64,000 bases of DNA, taken from assembly GCA_019873665.1 (NCBI GenBank), contig JAIOAV010000004.1, positions 6,580 to 70,579 of the forward strand, written 5' to 3'. Within the stretch, counting starts at the first letter, position 1. Each line of letters begins with the position of its first letter. Under the pieces are notes generated by a model. It was not told where the DNA came from and did no database searches. It saw only the letters and a list, made by a program, of their open reading frames with translations. This DNA comes from Chloroflexota bacterium (lineage in GTDB: Bacteria > Chloroflexota > Anaerolineae > JAAYEA01). The position numbers were made by a program, and so were the translations under genes. Shown in pieces: positions 50,821 to 60,368 of the stretch.

Positions 50821-52389
50821 CTATTCCTCCGCCGCCAGACGGCGTTTTACGTTCTCCCAACGCCGGCGATCCAGCTCATCCCGCACATCATAAGGCCGAA
50901 AACCAGCGCCCCAGTACAGGCGGATGGCCTGCCAGCGAAAGTCATCAGTTGACAACATGCAGCGCTTGAACCCGCGCTCCGCCAGACAGTTGAGCACCGC
51001 CACGACCAGCGCCAGCCCAAGGCGCTTGCCGCGATGCTCCGGCTGGACGGCGATATAGTGCAGGCTACCAGTCTCGGTCTCCTCCTCGGCCGACTGCCAC
51101 GCCGTCGCCACGCCAACCGGCTGGCCCTGGTAGGTGGCAAAGAACATGTGCTCCGGGCGAAACCACGGCTTGTCCAAGATGCTCTCGTGCAGCCTGGCCT
51201 CGTCCCACGACGCGCCAAACTCGGGCCGACAGATGCGCAGCCAGTGCGTCTCGTCACCCGCTTGAAACGTGCGCAGCCCATATCGCTCCGGCAGCTCGGG
51301 CAGCGGCTGTGGCTGGATGTCCTCGCGCATCATGAAGAGCTGGCGAGGACGCGGGATCGCCTGCACGGCGACCGGCTGGCCGCTCTCCAACGAAGCCTGC
51401 GCCGCCGCCATGATCGCAACGGTTCGCGCCCCCTGCACCACATCCACCAGCGGATGGCGGCCGTAGCGGATGCAATCGGCAAACTGCTGCAGTTCGGCCA
51501 GCACCGGCTTGGATTCGCCAGGCGTGATGGGTATCGTCGCCCAGGCGTTCTGGCCGGGGATCATGCCGTCAATGTAGAGGCGCACCTCCGCATGTTGGCT
51601 ATCGGCGCGGATGCTCCCCTGCGAGCCATAGATGTTAAACGGGATCTGGTTATGGGGGCGCTGCTGAATGCCGAGACACACCCACACCTTGCCGATGCAG
51701 CCGTTGGCGAACTTGATGCTGATCAGCACGTTGTCCATCTGGTGATATTCGGGCAGCGTCTTGTGGTTGCCGTAGGCAAAGACCTCCACCGCCTCACCCG
51801 CCACCCAGCGCAGTAGATCAATGGGGTGCACACCTCCGCCGTAGATCGGGTTTTGCGGGCGCTGCGGATCAATGCGCCATGGCGTGCGCACAAACACCTC
51901 GCGCATGTCGTGGATATAGTCCGACTCGACGAAAAAGAGCTCGCCCAGCTTGCCCTGCCGCGCCTGCTCCGCCGCCGCCGCGAACTGCGGCATAAAACGG
52001 CAGACGTTCCCAACCGCAAAGAGGACGCCGTGCTCATAGACCAGCTCGACGATGGAGCGCGCCTGTTGTAGCGCCACATCCGGCGATGGATCACAGACCA
52101 TCGGTTTCTCGCAAAAGACATGTTTGCCCGCGCGGATCAGCGCCGCGGCCTGCTCATAGTGCATGTGATCCGGCGTGCAGAGCGAGACCACGTCCACGCT
52201 GCCGTCCGCCACCACGTCTTGCCAGCGTGTGGTGCGACCGGCAACCCCCAGCCGCTCTCCCACAGCCTGCAGCCGCTCCTCGTTCGTATCGCACAGCAGC
52301 GCCAGCTCCACCTCCGGGATCTGCTGATAGGCCTGGGCGTGTGTGTTGCCAACCCCCAGCCCGATCACTGCAGCGCGCAACGTCCTCAT
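50821..52389 (-). CDS. Gfo/Idh/MocA oxidoreductase fused to a GNAT domain
   Basis: IGLGVG, CEKP, GVHPID; C-terminal IAVQPEHRGKRLG...AIRLYWGAGF. Confidence 0.88.
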   Translation of the reverse strand: MRTLRAAVIGLGVGNTHAQAYQQIPEVELALLCDTNEERLQAVGERLGVAGRTTRWQDVVADGSVDVVSLCTPDHMHYEQAAALIRAGKHVFCEKPMVCDPSPDVALQQARSIVELVYEHGVLFAVGNVCRFMPQFAAAAEQARQGKLGELFFVESDYIHDMREVFVRTPWRIDPQRPQNPIYGGGVHPIDLLRWVAGEAVEVFAYGNHKTLPEYHQMDNVLISIKFANGCIGKVWVCLGIQQRPHNQIPFNIYGSQGSIRADSQHAEVRLYIDGMIPGQNAWATIPITPGESKPVLAELQQFADCIRYGRHPLVDVVQGARTVAIMAAAQASLESGQPVAVQAIPRPRQLFMMREDIQPQPLPELPERYGLRTFQAGDETHWLRICRPEFGASWDEARLHESILDKPWFRPEHMFFATYQGQPVGVATAWQSAEEETETGSLHYIAVQPEHRGKRLGLALVVAVLNCLAERGFKRCMLSTDDFRWQAIRLYWGAGFRPYDVRDELDRRRWENVKRRLAAEE

Positions 52390-53222
52390 CGCGATGCCCC
52401 TTGGTCGCGACGCGACATCACCCCGTCGCGCAGTTGCTTGAGGTATGCCACACTCTTGCGCGTCCCCTCTTTGTAATCGCCCTGTCCTTCGAACTCGCTG
52501 ACGACACCGCCCTGATACCCAAGCGCGGCCAGATCAGCAAACAGCTTCTTCAGGTCCAGCTCACCTTCGCCTGCCGGCACGAACTCGAACTTGCCCTCTT
52601 TCCAGACGCCATCTTTGATGTGCACGCTGAGCACATACGGCAGCAGCTCCACAAAGTAGCGCCTGACAGTCTCTGGTGGATGGCCCACCCAGGCATAGTT
52701 GCCGGTGTCCAGCGTGAGGCCCAGCAGCGGCGAGTTGATCTCCTGCACGATGCCCTTGAGAAAGTCCCCGTCGTTCGCCAGTAACCCGTGGTTCTCGATC
52801 CCCATGCGCACGCCCAGACCCTCGATGCGTCGGACTGCCTCGGCAAAGCCGCGGATGATGCTATCGCGGAATTCGTCGCGCGTGTGCCCCGGTTTGACGT
52901 CGGCGCACATCGCCCGAATCACGGGGATGCCCAGATCGGCAGCACGCTGGGCATAGCCAACCAACTGTTGCACCTGCGCCTCCAGCGCGTCCGCGTCGAG
53001 CTGGGCGAAATCGTTATAGCTGCCCAGGCTGGTCGCCACGATACCCGCCTCGCGTAACATCTTCTTGACCTTCGGGTAATCCTCCGGCGTCCATGTGATG
53101 TCGGGATGCACGCCGGGGCGACCGTTGAGTTCGGTGCATTCTGCTCCCACTTCGATCATCGTCCGCAGTGCCTGAGCCAGCGGCAGGCCCGCCATACCGA
53201 GGCTGGTTACCCCGATTCTCAT
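52386..53222 (-). CDS. Sugar phosphate isomerase/epimerase (AP-endonuclease-2 TIM barrel)
   Basis: IENH, LDTGN, HIKD, SEFE. Confidence 0.88.
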   Translation of the reverse strand: MRIGVTSLGMAGLPLAQALRTMIEVGAECTELNGRPGVHPDITWTPEDYPKVKKMLREAGIVATSLGSYNDFAQLDADALEAQVQQLVGYAQRAADLGIPVIRAMCADVKPGHTRDEFRDSIIRGFAEAVRRIEGLGVRMGIENHGLLANDGDFLKGIVQEINSPLLGLTLDTGNYAWVGHPPETVRRYFVELLPYVLSVHIKDGVWKEGKFEFVPAGEGELDLKKLFADLAALGYQGGVVSEFEGQGDYKEGTRKSVAYLKQLRDGVMSRRDQGASR

Positions 53223-53223
53223 C

Positions 53224-54417
53224 TCACTCCTCCTTCCATACGCTGCGGTCAAACACCACCTCGCCGCCGACGATCGTCTTGTCCACATTGATCCGCTCAT
53301 CAAAGATGACCACGTCCGCATCCAGTCCCGCAGCCAGACGTCCCTTGCGGTTCTCGATGTGCAGCACCCTTGCCGGCACAGCGGTCGCCATCTGGACAGC
53401 CTCCAACAGCGGCATGTCGATCAGCATCATGAGATTGTACACCATGCGCCCCAGCGGCGTGACGCTGCCCGCAAAGCAGGTCATGTCGGCCATCATCGCC
53501 ACGCCATCCTGGATGACCACCTCCGCCCCATCGCTTTCAAAGCGCTCTCCTTCTGGCCGACCAGCGGCGCTGATGGCATCCGACACGATGCAGGTGCGAT
53601 CTGTGCCGCGCGCGCGGGTAATGAGGCGCATGAGTGTCGGCGGCAGATGCTTGCCATCGGCGATCATCTCGACGGTAAGCGCGGGGTGGGTCAGCCCGAC
53701 CTCGACCAGGCCGGGCACGCGATAGAGCCCCTCGCGGATCACCATAGAGGAGCCACTGTAGATGTGCGTAACGTGCGAGAGCCCCGCCTCAATCGCCGGC
53801 AGGATCTCGTACTCTTTCGCCGCGCTATGCGCCGCCGCAACGACCACGCCGTGCGAGGACAGCTCGCGCGTCAGCGCCACGTTGCCCGGCACCTCTGGCG
53901 CCAGCGAGATCTCGGTGATAATGTCGAGATTGTCGCGTAGTAGCGCCAGGTCGTCTGGCCCGGGGGCACGGATATACGCCGGTGGCTGCGCACCGCGCTG
54001 TTCGTAGCTAAAGTACGGCCCTTCCAGATGTACGCCCAGGATCTCGCTGCCGCCCCGATACTTGCCATCGCGCCACTGGCGGTAGGCATCCAGCACGCGG
54101 CGCATCCCCTCCAGCGGCAGCGCGCTCGGCGTCGCCTGCAGCGCGGTGATGCCGTAACGCGCATAGAAGCGCGTCAGGATGTCAAATGATTCGATCGTGG
54201 CGTCGGAAAAGCTCCGCTGTAACGCGCCATGCACATGCAGGTCAATAAACCCGGGCGAGACATAGCGGCCGGTCGCGTCTATCACGGTGGCACCAGGAAC
54301 AGTCAGGAGGCCCGGGCTGACGGCGGCGATCTTGTTGCCCCGCAGGTGCACAGAGCCGCCTTCCAGAAGGGTCCCGTCCACAATGACGCGACCGCCCTTG
54401 ATCACGATATCGGTCAT
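53224..54417 (-). CDS. nagA: N-acetylglucosamine-6-phosphate deacetylase-like
   Basis: PGFIDLHVHG, HLEGPY, LAPE, AHS, THIY, ADGKH, SDA. Confidence 0.88.
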   Translation of the reverse strand: MTDIVIKGGRVIVDGTLLEGGSVHLRGNKIAAVSPGLLTVPGATVIDATGRYVSPGFIDLHVHGALQRSFSDATIESFDILTRFYARYGITALQATPSALPLEGMRRVLDAYRQWRDGKYRGGSEILGVHLEGPYFSYEQRGAQPPAYIRAPGPDDLALLRDNLDIITEISLAPEVPGNVALTRELSSHGVVVAAAHSAAKEYEILPAIEAGLSHVTHIYSGSSMVIREGLYRVPGLVEVGLTHPALTVEMIADGKHLPPTLMRLITRARGTDRTCIVSDAISAAGRPEGERFESDGAEVVIQDGVAMMADMTCFAGSVTPLGRMVYNLMMLIDMPLLEAVQMATAVPARVLHIENRKGRLAAGLDADVVIFDERINVDKTIVGGEVVFDRSVWKEE

Positions 54418-54442
54418 TACACCTATTCCTCAGGGTTAATGA

Positions 54443-55309
54443 TTAGAGCTTGACGGCCTTGCGAGCCTGCAAGCTGCGCTCGACCGCGTCAATGATCCGC
54501 ACCGACTCTACCATCTCGTCGTATGGGAGCGGTGGCTTGCCGGTGCGCAGCATCTCCAGGAACACTTTGAACCCCTCGCGATAGCAGGTCGAGGCGTCCA
54601 CTTCGATCTTGCGACGTCCCTTGTCCCCGTAGGCCATCATATCAAAGCCGTATCCGGAGGCGATCAGGTTGAGCGCGCAGAGGATGCCTGACTTGTGCCC
54701 CATCACCGCCATCACGTTCTGGCCATATTGCGCCGCCTGCACCTCTTCGATGCCCGGCCCGATCATCTCCAGCAACAACTCGGAGGCATGGATGGCGTAA
54801 AAGACGAGCCCGCCGTATTCACTGCCACGATCGGCAGGGCTGGTAACGATGGTGGTGCGGACCGGCGCGATGTCGGCCAGGCCCTTGACGAACTCGGGCA
54901 CGCCGGTGGCATAGCGCAGCGTAGAGAAGGAGGTGATGGGCGTGCCGGTGCGCTGCGCCAGCTCGACGATTGCCTCAGCGTCTGCCGGGTCCGCCGCCAG
55001 CGGCTTGTCAATAAAGGTGGGGATGCCGGCCTTGATGAACGGCTCGGCGTACTGACGGTGCAGCCCGCCGTGTCGGAACACCACCATCACCGCATCTACC
55101 ATGCCCAACATCTCTTTGGGATCAGAGACGATCTTGGGAATGCGCGTCTTGGTCGCCACCTGCTCGGTACGCACAGGATCCAGGCCGAAAAGGGCCACAA
55201 CCTGCGCCCCGTCCACATGCTTGTCCGCCGGCTGGTCCGGCAGGTTGGTCAGCTCTGGAAATCGCTCCGCATGAGAGTTGTCCGAACCCACGATACCGAT
55301 GCGAAACAT
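54443..55309 (-). CDS. Gfo/Idh/MocA-like oxidoreductase (short form)
   Basis: IGIVGSDNSHA, FIDKPLA, STLRY, FYAIH. Confidence 0.8.
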   Translation of the reverse strand: MFRIGIVGSDNSHAERFPELTNLPDQPADKHVDGAQVVALFGLDPVRTEQVATKTRIPKIVSDPKEMLGMVDAVMVVFRHGGLHRQYAEPFIKAGIPTFIDKPLAADPADAEAIVELAQRTGTPITSFSTLRYATGVPEFVKGLADIAPVRTTIVTSPADRGSEYGGLVFYAIHASELLLEMIGPGIEEVQAAQYGQNVMAVMGHKSGILCALNLIASGYGFDMMAYGDKGRRKIEVDASTCYREGFKVFLEMLRTGKPPLPYDEMVESVRIIDAVERSLQARKAVKL

Positions 55310-55372
55310 ATCCACCTCCTGACAGATGATAAGGCGAGCGACACGCTGGTCAGCTCGCCGTCGGATAGCCCC

Positions 55373-55401
55373 AGTATACCACCATTGAGAGAGCCAGCCA
55401 A
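55373..55401 (-). promoter_or_regulatory. Internal promoter for the catabolic genes
   Basis: Minus strand TTGGCT-N17-TATACT with an extended -10 TG. Confidence 0.45.
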
Positions 55402-55549
55402 AAGAGCCGTCTCGCGGGCACTCGTCGTGCCCAGTCGGCCCACAACACAGAAGGAGCGTGGGAAGCCGATAGCCGATCCTCCCACGCCCACATCGAGCAC
55501 AGAGCATTGCGAAGCGCCGGCATGCCTCATCCCGGATGCAGCATAGGCT

Positions 55550-56707
55550 CTACCGCGAGTAGGGGTCCGCCGCGTCGCGCAGCCCGTCGCCCATAAAATT
55601 ATAGGCGAGCACTGCGATCACCACAAAAAGACCCGGGATCAACAGCCAGGGAGCCAGCGCCACCGCGTGGAGGTTCTGCGCATCCTGCAGGAGCACGCCC
55701 CAGCTGATGACAGGTGGGCGAAGGCCCAAGCCGAGAAAGCTGAGGCTTGTCTCGCTGAGGATGACACCGGGGATAGATAGTGTCAGCGAGGCGATAATAT
55801 AGCTCAGGAACGAGGGTACCAAGTGACGGAAGATGATGCGCCATTCGCTGGCGCCCGAGATACGCGCCGCCATGACGAAATCCTCCTCACGCAGCGACAG
55901 GAATCGCCCGCGCACCACTTGCGCCAGTCCGGTCCAGCCGATGAGCGAGAGGATAATGGTGATGCCAAAATAGACGCGCAGCGGCGGCCAGGTCCCTGGC
56001 AGCGCGGCGCTCAAGCCCATCCACAATGGGATGCTGGGAATGGAGCGGAGGAACTCGATGATCCTGCCGATCAGGATGTCCAGATTGCCGCCGAAATAGC
56101 CCGCCGCGCCGCCCAGCGTAATCCCCAGCATAAAGCTGAGGGCGATACTGACTAACCCTACAGACATGGAGATGCGCGTGCCGTACATCACCCGGGAAAA
56201 GACATCCCGCCCCAGCGTGTCGGTGCCAAACAAAAAGATCGTGGCGCCCTCGCCTTCCACGCCGAAAAGATGCACATCAGTGGGAATGAGCCCCAGGAGC
56301 TTATAGGGCAGGCCATGGACAAACAGGCGCACCGGGTACTTCTTGTTCGGGTCAGGAGTGTAGGTCAGGCGCAGCGTGACCGGGTCCCGCTTGCGCTCAT
56401 AGCCATAGACAAAGGGCGGCCAGGTGAATTTGCCTTGATCAAAGAAATGGATGCCCTGCGCCTGTACCACCGACAGCAGCTTGCGGCTCTCGTTCGGGTC
56501 GTAGGGCGCGAGGAACTCACAGAAGATGGCGATCAGATAGAGGCCGATCAAGACGATGGTGCCCACCATGGCCATCTTGTGCTTGCGAAAACGCCACCAC
56601 ATGAGCTGCCATTGGGTGGCGACAAAGATCCTTTCTTCGGCGGATGTCACCGCGGGCTCAACAGCAACCTCGGGCAAACTGCTGTCCAGTGATGGTGATG
56701 CTGTCAT
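55550..56707 (-). CDS. Opp/Dpp-type ABC permease (C subunit)
   Basis: WWRFRKHK, GTDTLGRD, EEDFVMAA...GA, SWG, GDGLRDA. Confidence 0.93.
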   Translation of the reverse strand: MTASPSLDSSLPEVAVEPAVTSAEERIFVATQWQLMWWRFRKHKMAMVGTIVLIGLYLIAIFCEFLAPYDPNESRKLLSVVQAQGIHFFDQGKFTWPPFVYGYERKRDPVTLRLTYTPDPNKKYPVRLFVHGLPYKLLGLIPTDVHLFGVEGEGATIFLFGTDTLGRDVFSRVMYGTRISMSVGLVSIALSFMLGITLGGAAGYFGGNLDILIGRIIEFLRSIPSIPLWMGLSAALPGTWPPLRVYFGITIILSLIGWTGLAQVVRGRFLSLREEDFVMAARISGASEWRIIFRHLVPSFLSYIIASLTLSIPGVILSETSLSFLGLGLRPPVISWGVLLQDAQNLHAVALAPWLLIPGLFVVIAVLAYNFMGDGLRDAADPYSR

Positions 56708-56839
56708 CACGCGCACCTCACTTCTTGGCAAAGGTATAGAAGACGAACTGACGAATTTTGACTACTGGATCGTTGCGCCGGGCAACAGTGCGCCTTACAA
56801 CACACAAGAGTTGCCCCTGCAAGATCTACGAACCGGGCG

Positions 56840-57826
56840 CTATCGCTCCAAGCGTATGCGTGGATCCAGCACGCCCAAGAGGATATCCGAGATCAACGTG
56901 CCGATCACGGTCAGGATACTCAACAACATGATGAACGTGCCGGCCAGGTACATATCCTGGGACAAGAGCGCCTTGTAGAGGATCGGCCCCGTCGTCGGCA
57001 GGCTCAGCACCAACGAGATGATCGTCGCGCCAGATACCAGGCCCGGCAGGGTCCAACCAATGGTGGCGACAAAGGGGTTCAGCGCCACGCGCACCGGGTA
57101 CTTGAGGATGAGCTTGGTCTCCGGCAGCCCTTTGGCGCGCGCCGTAACCACGTATGGCTTGTTCAGCTCGTCGAGCAGGTTAGCGCGCATCGTGCGGATC
57201 ATGCCTGCCGTACCGCCGATGCCCAGCACGATCATTGGCACCCACAGATGGTTCAGCATATCCAGGAATTTGGCCCAGCTCCACGGTTGGTCAATATATT
57301 TGTCAGAAAACAGGCCGCCCAGATTCACCCCGAAGCGCGAAAACGCGATCCAGAGGAGCACCAGAGCGATCATGAACTCGGGGATGCCGCGCCCGATAAA
57401 GCTGAACATGCTAAAGACATAGTCTGCAATGGTATATTGGTGAGTAGCGGAATAGATGCCGATGGGCAGGGCCACGACCCATGTAAAGACTAGAGCGGCC
57501 AGCGAAATCACGATCGTCAACGCCAGGCGATCGCCGATCACCTGGCTCACCGGCGCATTCCACTCGAAAGACACGCCATAGTTGCCATGCAGTGATTGCC
57601 AGGCCCACTTGAGATAGCGCATGTAGAGCGGCTGGTCAAGACCATACTGCCGCTTCAGGGCATCCAGCACTGCCTCATCCACCATCTCGCCGGCCACCTG
57701 CATGCCAGCCACCATCGAGGTCAGATAGTCCCCGGGCGGTAATTCGATGATCGCAAAGCTCACGATCGAGATAGCGATGATTGTCGGGATAAGGTAGAGG
57801 ACCCTGCGTATGATATATTGCAGCAT
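56840..57826 (-). CDS. Opp/Dpp-type ABC permease (B subunit)
   Basis: YIIRR, PPGD, GLDQP, YVVTARAKG, LDPRIR. Confidence 0.93.
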   Translation of the reverse strand: MLQYIIRRVLYLIPTIIAISIVSFAIIELPPGDYLTSMVAGMQVAGEMVDEAVLDALKRQYGLDQPLYMRYLKWAWQSLHGNYGVSFEWNAPVSQVIGDRLALTIVISLAALVFTWVVALPIGIYSATHQYTIADYVFSMFSFIGRGIPEFMIALVLLWIAFSRFGVNLGGLFSDKYIDQPWSWAKFLDMLNHLWVPMIVLGIGGTAGMIRTMRANLLDELNKPYVVTARAKGLPETKLILKYPVRVALNPFVATIGWTLPGLVSGATIISLVLSLPTTGPILYKALLSQDMYLAGTFIMLLSILTVIGTLISDILLGVLDPRIRLER

Positions 57827-57900
57827 ACCCGCCGTCCTTTGTCAACCTCCCGTAGAGGCATGGGAAGAGGGTTCTCGCAGTATAGTCAGATCGGAATGGC

Positions 57901-57999
57901 AGGGCGGGTCCGAGACCCGCCCTTGTGAAACGCTCCTTGTGCGCACATGCGTGCGAACATCAGCGTGGGAGAAGGCCATACACGTGTGGCCTTCTCCCA
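57901..57999. repeat. Two hairpins between the SBP and permease genes
   Basis: AGGGCGGGTC/GACCCGCCCT (57901-57923) and TGGGAGAAGGCCA/TGGCCTTCTCCCA (57966-57999); position typical of mRNA-stabilising or attenuating stems after SBP genes. Confidence 0.6.
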
Positions 58000-58014
58000 A
58001 GTCGAGCTAGATGC

Positions 58015-60048
58015 TTATTGGTCAATCCACCACTGCTCGGGCACCTTATACCACGGCGACCGGGTCAACCAGCCGTCGTTGGCGACCTTGGCCACGTTCC
58101 GCATATAGTTCTTGACGATCATCGGCTGCGGATAGCGGCCCACGGTGATGATGGACCACATGTTCTTGATATAGTACCGGAAGACCTCAGTCCAGAGCTC
58201 CATCTGCTTGTCAGGATTCGTCTCCAGCTTGACCTGATCAAAGAGCTTCTGCGACTCGCGAATCTCTCCAGGCGGCTCCTCGCCAGCCGTGCCGTTGGTG
58301 GCATACCAGTAGCCATAGTTGGGCGCCCAGTAGGTGCTGCGGTCCACGGCGCAGACATCGCGCGCGTAGGCGACCTGGAGGATGCCATCATGGCTGACGT
58401 TATAGTAGGCAGCCACCTGGTACTCAGAAGCATACACCCAGTTCCACCAGAGATCATAGGTGATGGGCTTGACGCCGGCGTTGATGCCGATCTTCTGCCA
58501 GTAGCCCGCCACCAACTGGGAGACCTCGGGCACGTTCGGGAAGGTAGCAAAAGCGCCAATCTCCAGGGAGAGCTCTTTGCCATCCGGGCGCTGGCGCCAT
58601 TGGCCAACCTTCTTCAGGCCGATTTCGTCCAACAGGGCATTAGCCTTGTCCACGTCATAGTTGAACGGCTCCCAGAGCTCCTTCTGCGCGCGGAGCTTCT
58701 CCGGGAAGCAGTCCTGGACGGTGCCGGCCATGCCGTTGTAACGGAGCTCGTTGATCTCCTCACGGTCAATGGCATAGGAGAGCGCCTGGCGGAACTTCAG
58801 GTTGTGGAAGAGCTCGCGCAGCACATCATCCTTCAGGATACTCAGGTTCGGGAAGAACACCGCGCCGGTGCCCGCCACTTCCCAGTCATAGACCTTGTAA
58901 TCGCCCTTGGCCTCGTTCTCCTTGAACAGGGCATAGTTGGTGAAGGCGATGCCGCGGAAGGAAGCGTCTATCTCGCCCGCGATGGCCTTCATATTCAACA
59001 GGTCCACGTTCTCGACCAAGGTGAAGCGCAGGTGGTCAATGTATGGGAGCTGATTGCCCGCGGTATCCACCTTCCAGTAGTACGGGTTGCGGTCGTAGGT
59101 GGGGTTGGGATCCGGCAGCGGCTTGACGACAATATATGGTGCCAGGACCGGCAGATCAGGGTTGGTGTTCTGGTTGTTCTTGTTGCCGTGCAACTGCACC
59201 CACGTCTCGAACTTGGCATCGGCGACAGCCTTGTCGAGGTCTTCCTTCTTGGCGTATTTGGGATGGAACTGCTGGAAGTAATGCTTCGGATACGCCAGCG
59301 TGCCAGCGTTGTTCACCATGAAGAGGAGCAGCAGGCCATACGGCTGAACAAAAGTCATCTTGAAGGAATAGTCGTCGATCTTTTCCACCTTGACCGGCTC
59401 TTTGTTGACGGTTAGCCAGCCGGGGAACGAGGGGCTGGCCTCTTTGTTGAGCGCCATGTCCTCGTACCAGTACAGGATATCGGCAGTAGTGAAGGGCTCG
59501 CCGGTGGACCACTTGAGGCCCTTGCGCAGATAGAAGGTGAAGACCTTGCCATCACCGGAGACTTCCCATTTGCTCACGAGCTGCGGGCCAACGGTCACAC
59601 CATCCGTCTCCCAGAAGAGCAGATATTGTCCGTTGATACGGCCCGCCCAACCGGGGAGGTCGCCCGCGCCGGCGACGACGTTGCGCCACGTGCCGCCGTA
59701 CTTGCCGACGCTATCCTGCGGCTTGACAATCATCGGATCGCTGGGCAGACGCTGCTCCACAGGAGGCAGCTTGCCGGCTTTGACCAATTCCGCCAGCATC
59801 GGCGACTCGCTGAAGGCCGGCTTGGGAGTCGGAGTCGGCTGGGCCGGCTTGGGAGTCGCGGTCGGGGGCACCGGTGTTGCGGTTGCCGCAGCCGGAGCCG
59901 TGGTCGGCTGGGCCGGAGCTGTGGTCGCGGTGGGCGGAGGCGGGGTGCTCGTGGGCGCAGCGGGCTGCGCGCACGCCTGGATTCCGGCCGCCATCGCGAG
60001 CAGCGCCGAAGCTTTGAGGAAACTACGACGGGTCAACTTCTCGGACAT
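58015..60048 (-). CDS. Family 5 ABC substrate-binding Tat lipoprotein
   Basis: TRRSFLK Tat motif, lipobox-like IQAC, Pro/Thr linker, GKLPPVEQRLP, RNPYYWKVD..GNQLPYID. Confidence 0.93.
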   Translation of the reverse strand: MSEKLTRRSFLKASALLAMAAGIQACAQPAAPTSTPPPPTATTAPAQPTTAPAAATATPVPPTATPKPAQPTPTPKPAFSESPMLAELVKAGKLPPVEQRLPSDPMIVKPQDSVGKYGGTWRNVVAGAGDLPGWAGRINGQYLLFWETDGVTVGPQLVSKWEVSGDGKVFTFYLRKGLKWSTGEPFTTADILYWYEDMALNKEASPSFPGWLTVNKEPVKVEKIDDYSFKMTFVQPYGLLLLFMVNNAGTLAYPKHYFQQFHPKYAKKEDLDKAVADAKFETWVQLHGNKNNQNTNPDLPVLAPYIVVKPLPDPNPTYDRNPYYWKVDTAGNQLPYIDHLRFTLVENVDLLNMKAIAGEIDASFRGIAFTNYALFKENEAKGDYKVYDWEVAGTGAVFFPNLSILKDDVLRELFHNLKFRQALSYAIDREEINELRYNGMAGTVQDCFPEKLRAQKELWEPFNYDVDKANALLDEIGLKKVGQWRQRPDGKELSLEIGAFATFPNVPEVSQLVAGYWQKIGINAGVKPITYDLWWNWVYASEYQVAAYYNVSHDGILQVAYARDVCAVDRSTYWAPNYGYWYATNGTAGEEPPGEIRESQKLFDQVKLETNPDKQMELWTEVFRYYIKNMWSIITVGRYPQPMIVKNYMRNVAKVANDGWLTRSPWYKVPEQWWIDQ

Positions 60049-60203
60049 TTGAAACTCTCCTTTGGGCTTGTGTAGCCTGCAGTGTCTCTAACAGCATATT
60101 CAAAGGTGCCACATCGCTAACTGAAGAATGACCTGGTCTCATCATCTCCTTTCTGTGCATCCATAGAACTCGTTCTAGAGTGCATTGGTTGATACTGTAC
60201 CTT

Positions 60204-60232
60204 AATATACTCCGAACAAGCTCTTTTGTCAA
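60204..60232 (-). promoter_or_regulatory. Sigma70-like promoter of the ABC operon
   Basis: Minus strand TTGACA-N17-TATATT in an AT-rich intergenic stretch. Confidence 0.7.
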
Positions 60233-60368
60233 CTGTTTGCCCATGATCATAATTTCCTTGTGCCAAGCCAGATATCGCATTCAAAACGAGAGCCGCGTCC
60301 ATGTGCCGCCGGGAGACGCAGCGTGAGGGCGCTCGCGACCTCTCTATGGCCCGGCGGCAGGCCCAACG

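Noticed and set aside
55310-55549. Several hairpins in the intergenic region as a possible ncRNA
   Set aside because: The stems are short and unrelated; a terminator-like stem plus an internal promoter explains them, and I recognise no RNA family.
60023-60145. 40-aa upstream ORF (MMRPGHSS...) overlapping the SBP start
   Set aside because: The RBS-like AAAGGAG is only 0-3 nt from the ATGs and there are no leader-peptide features.
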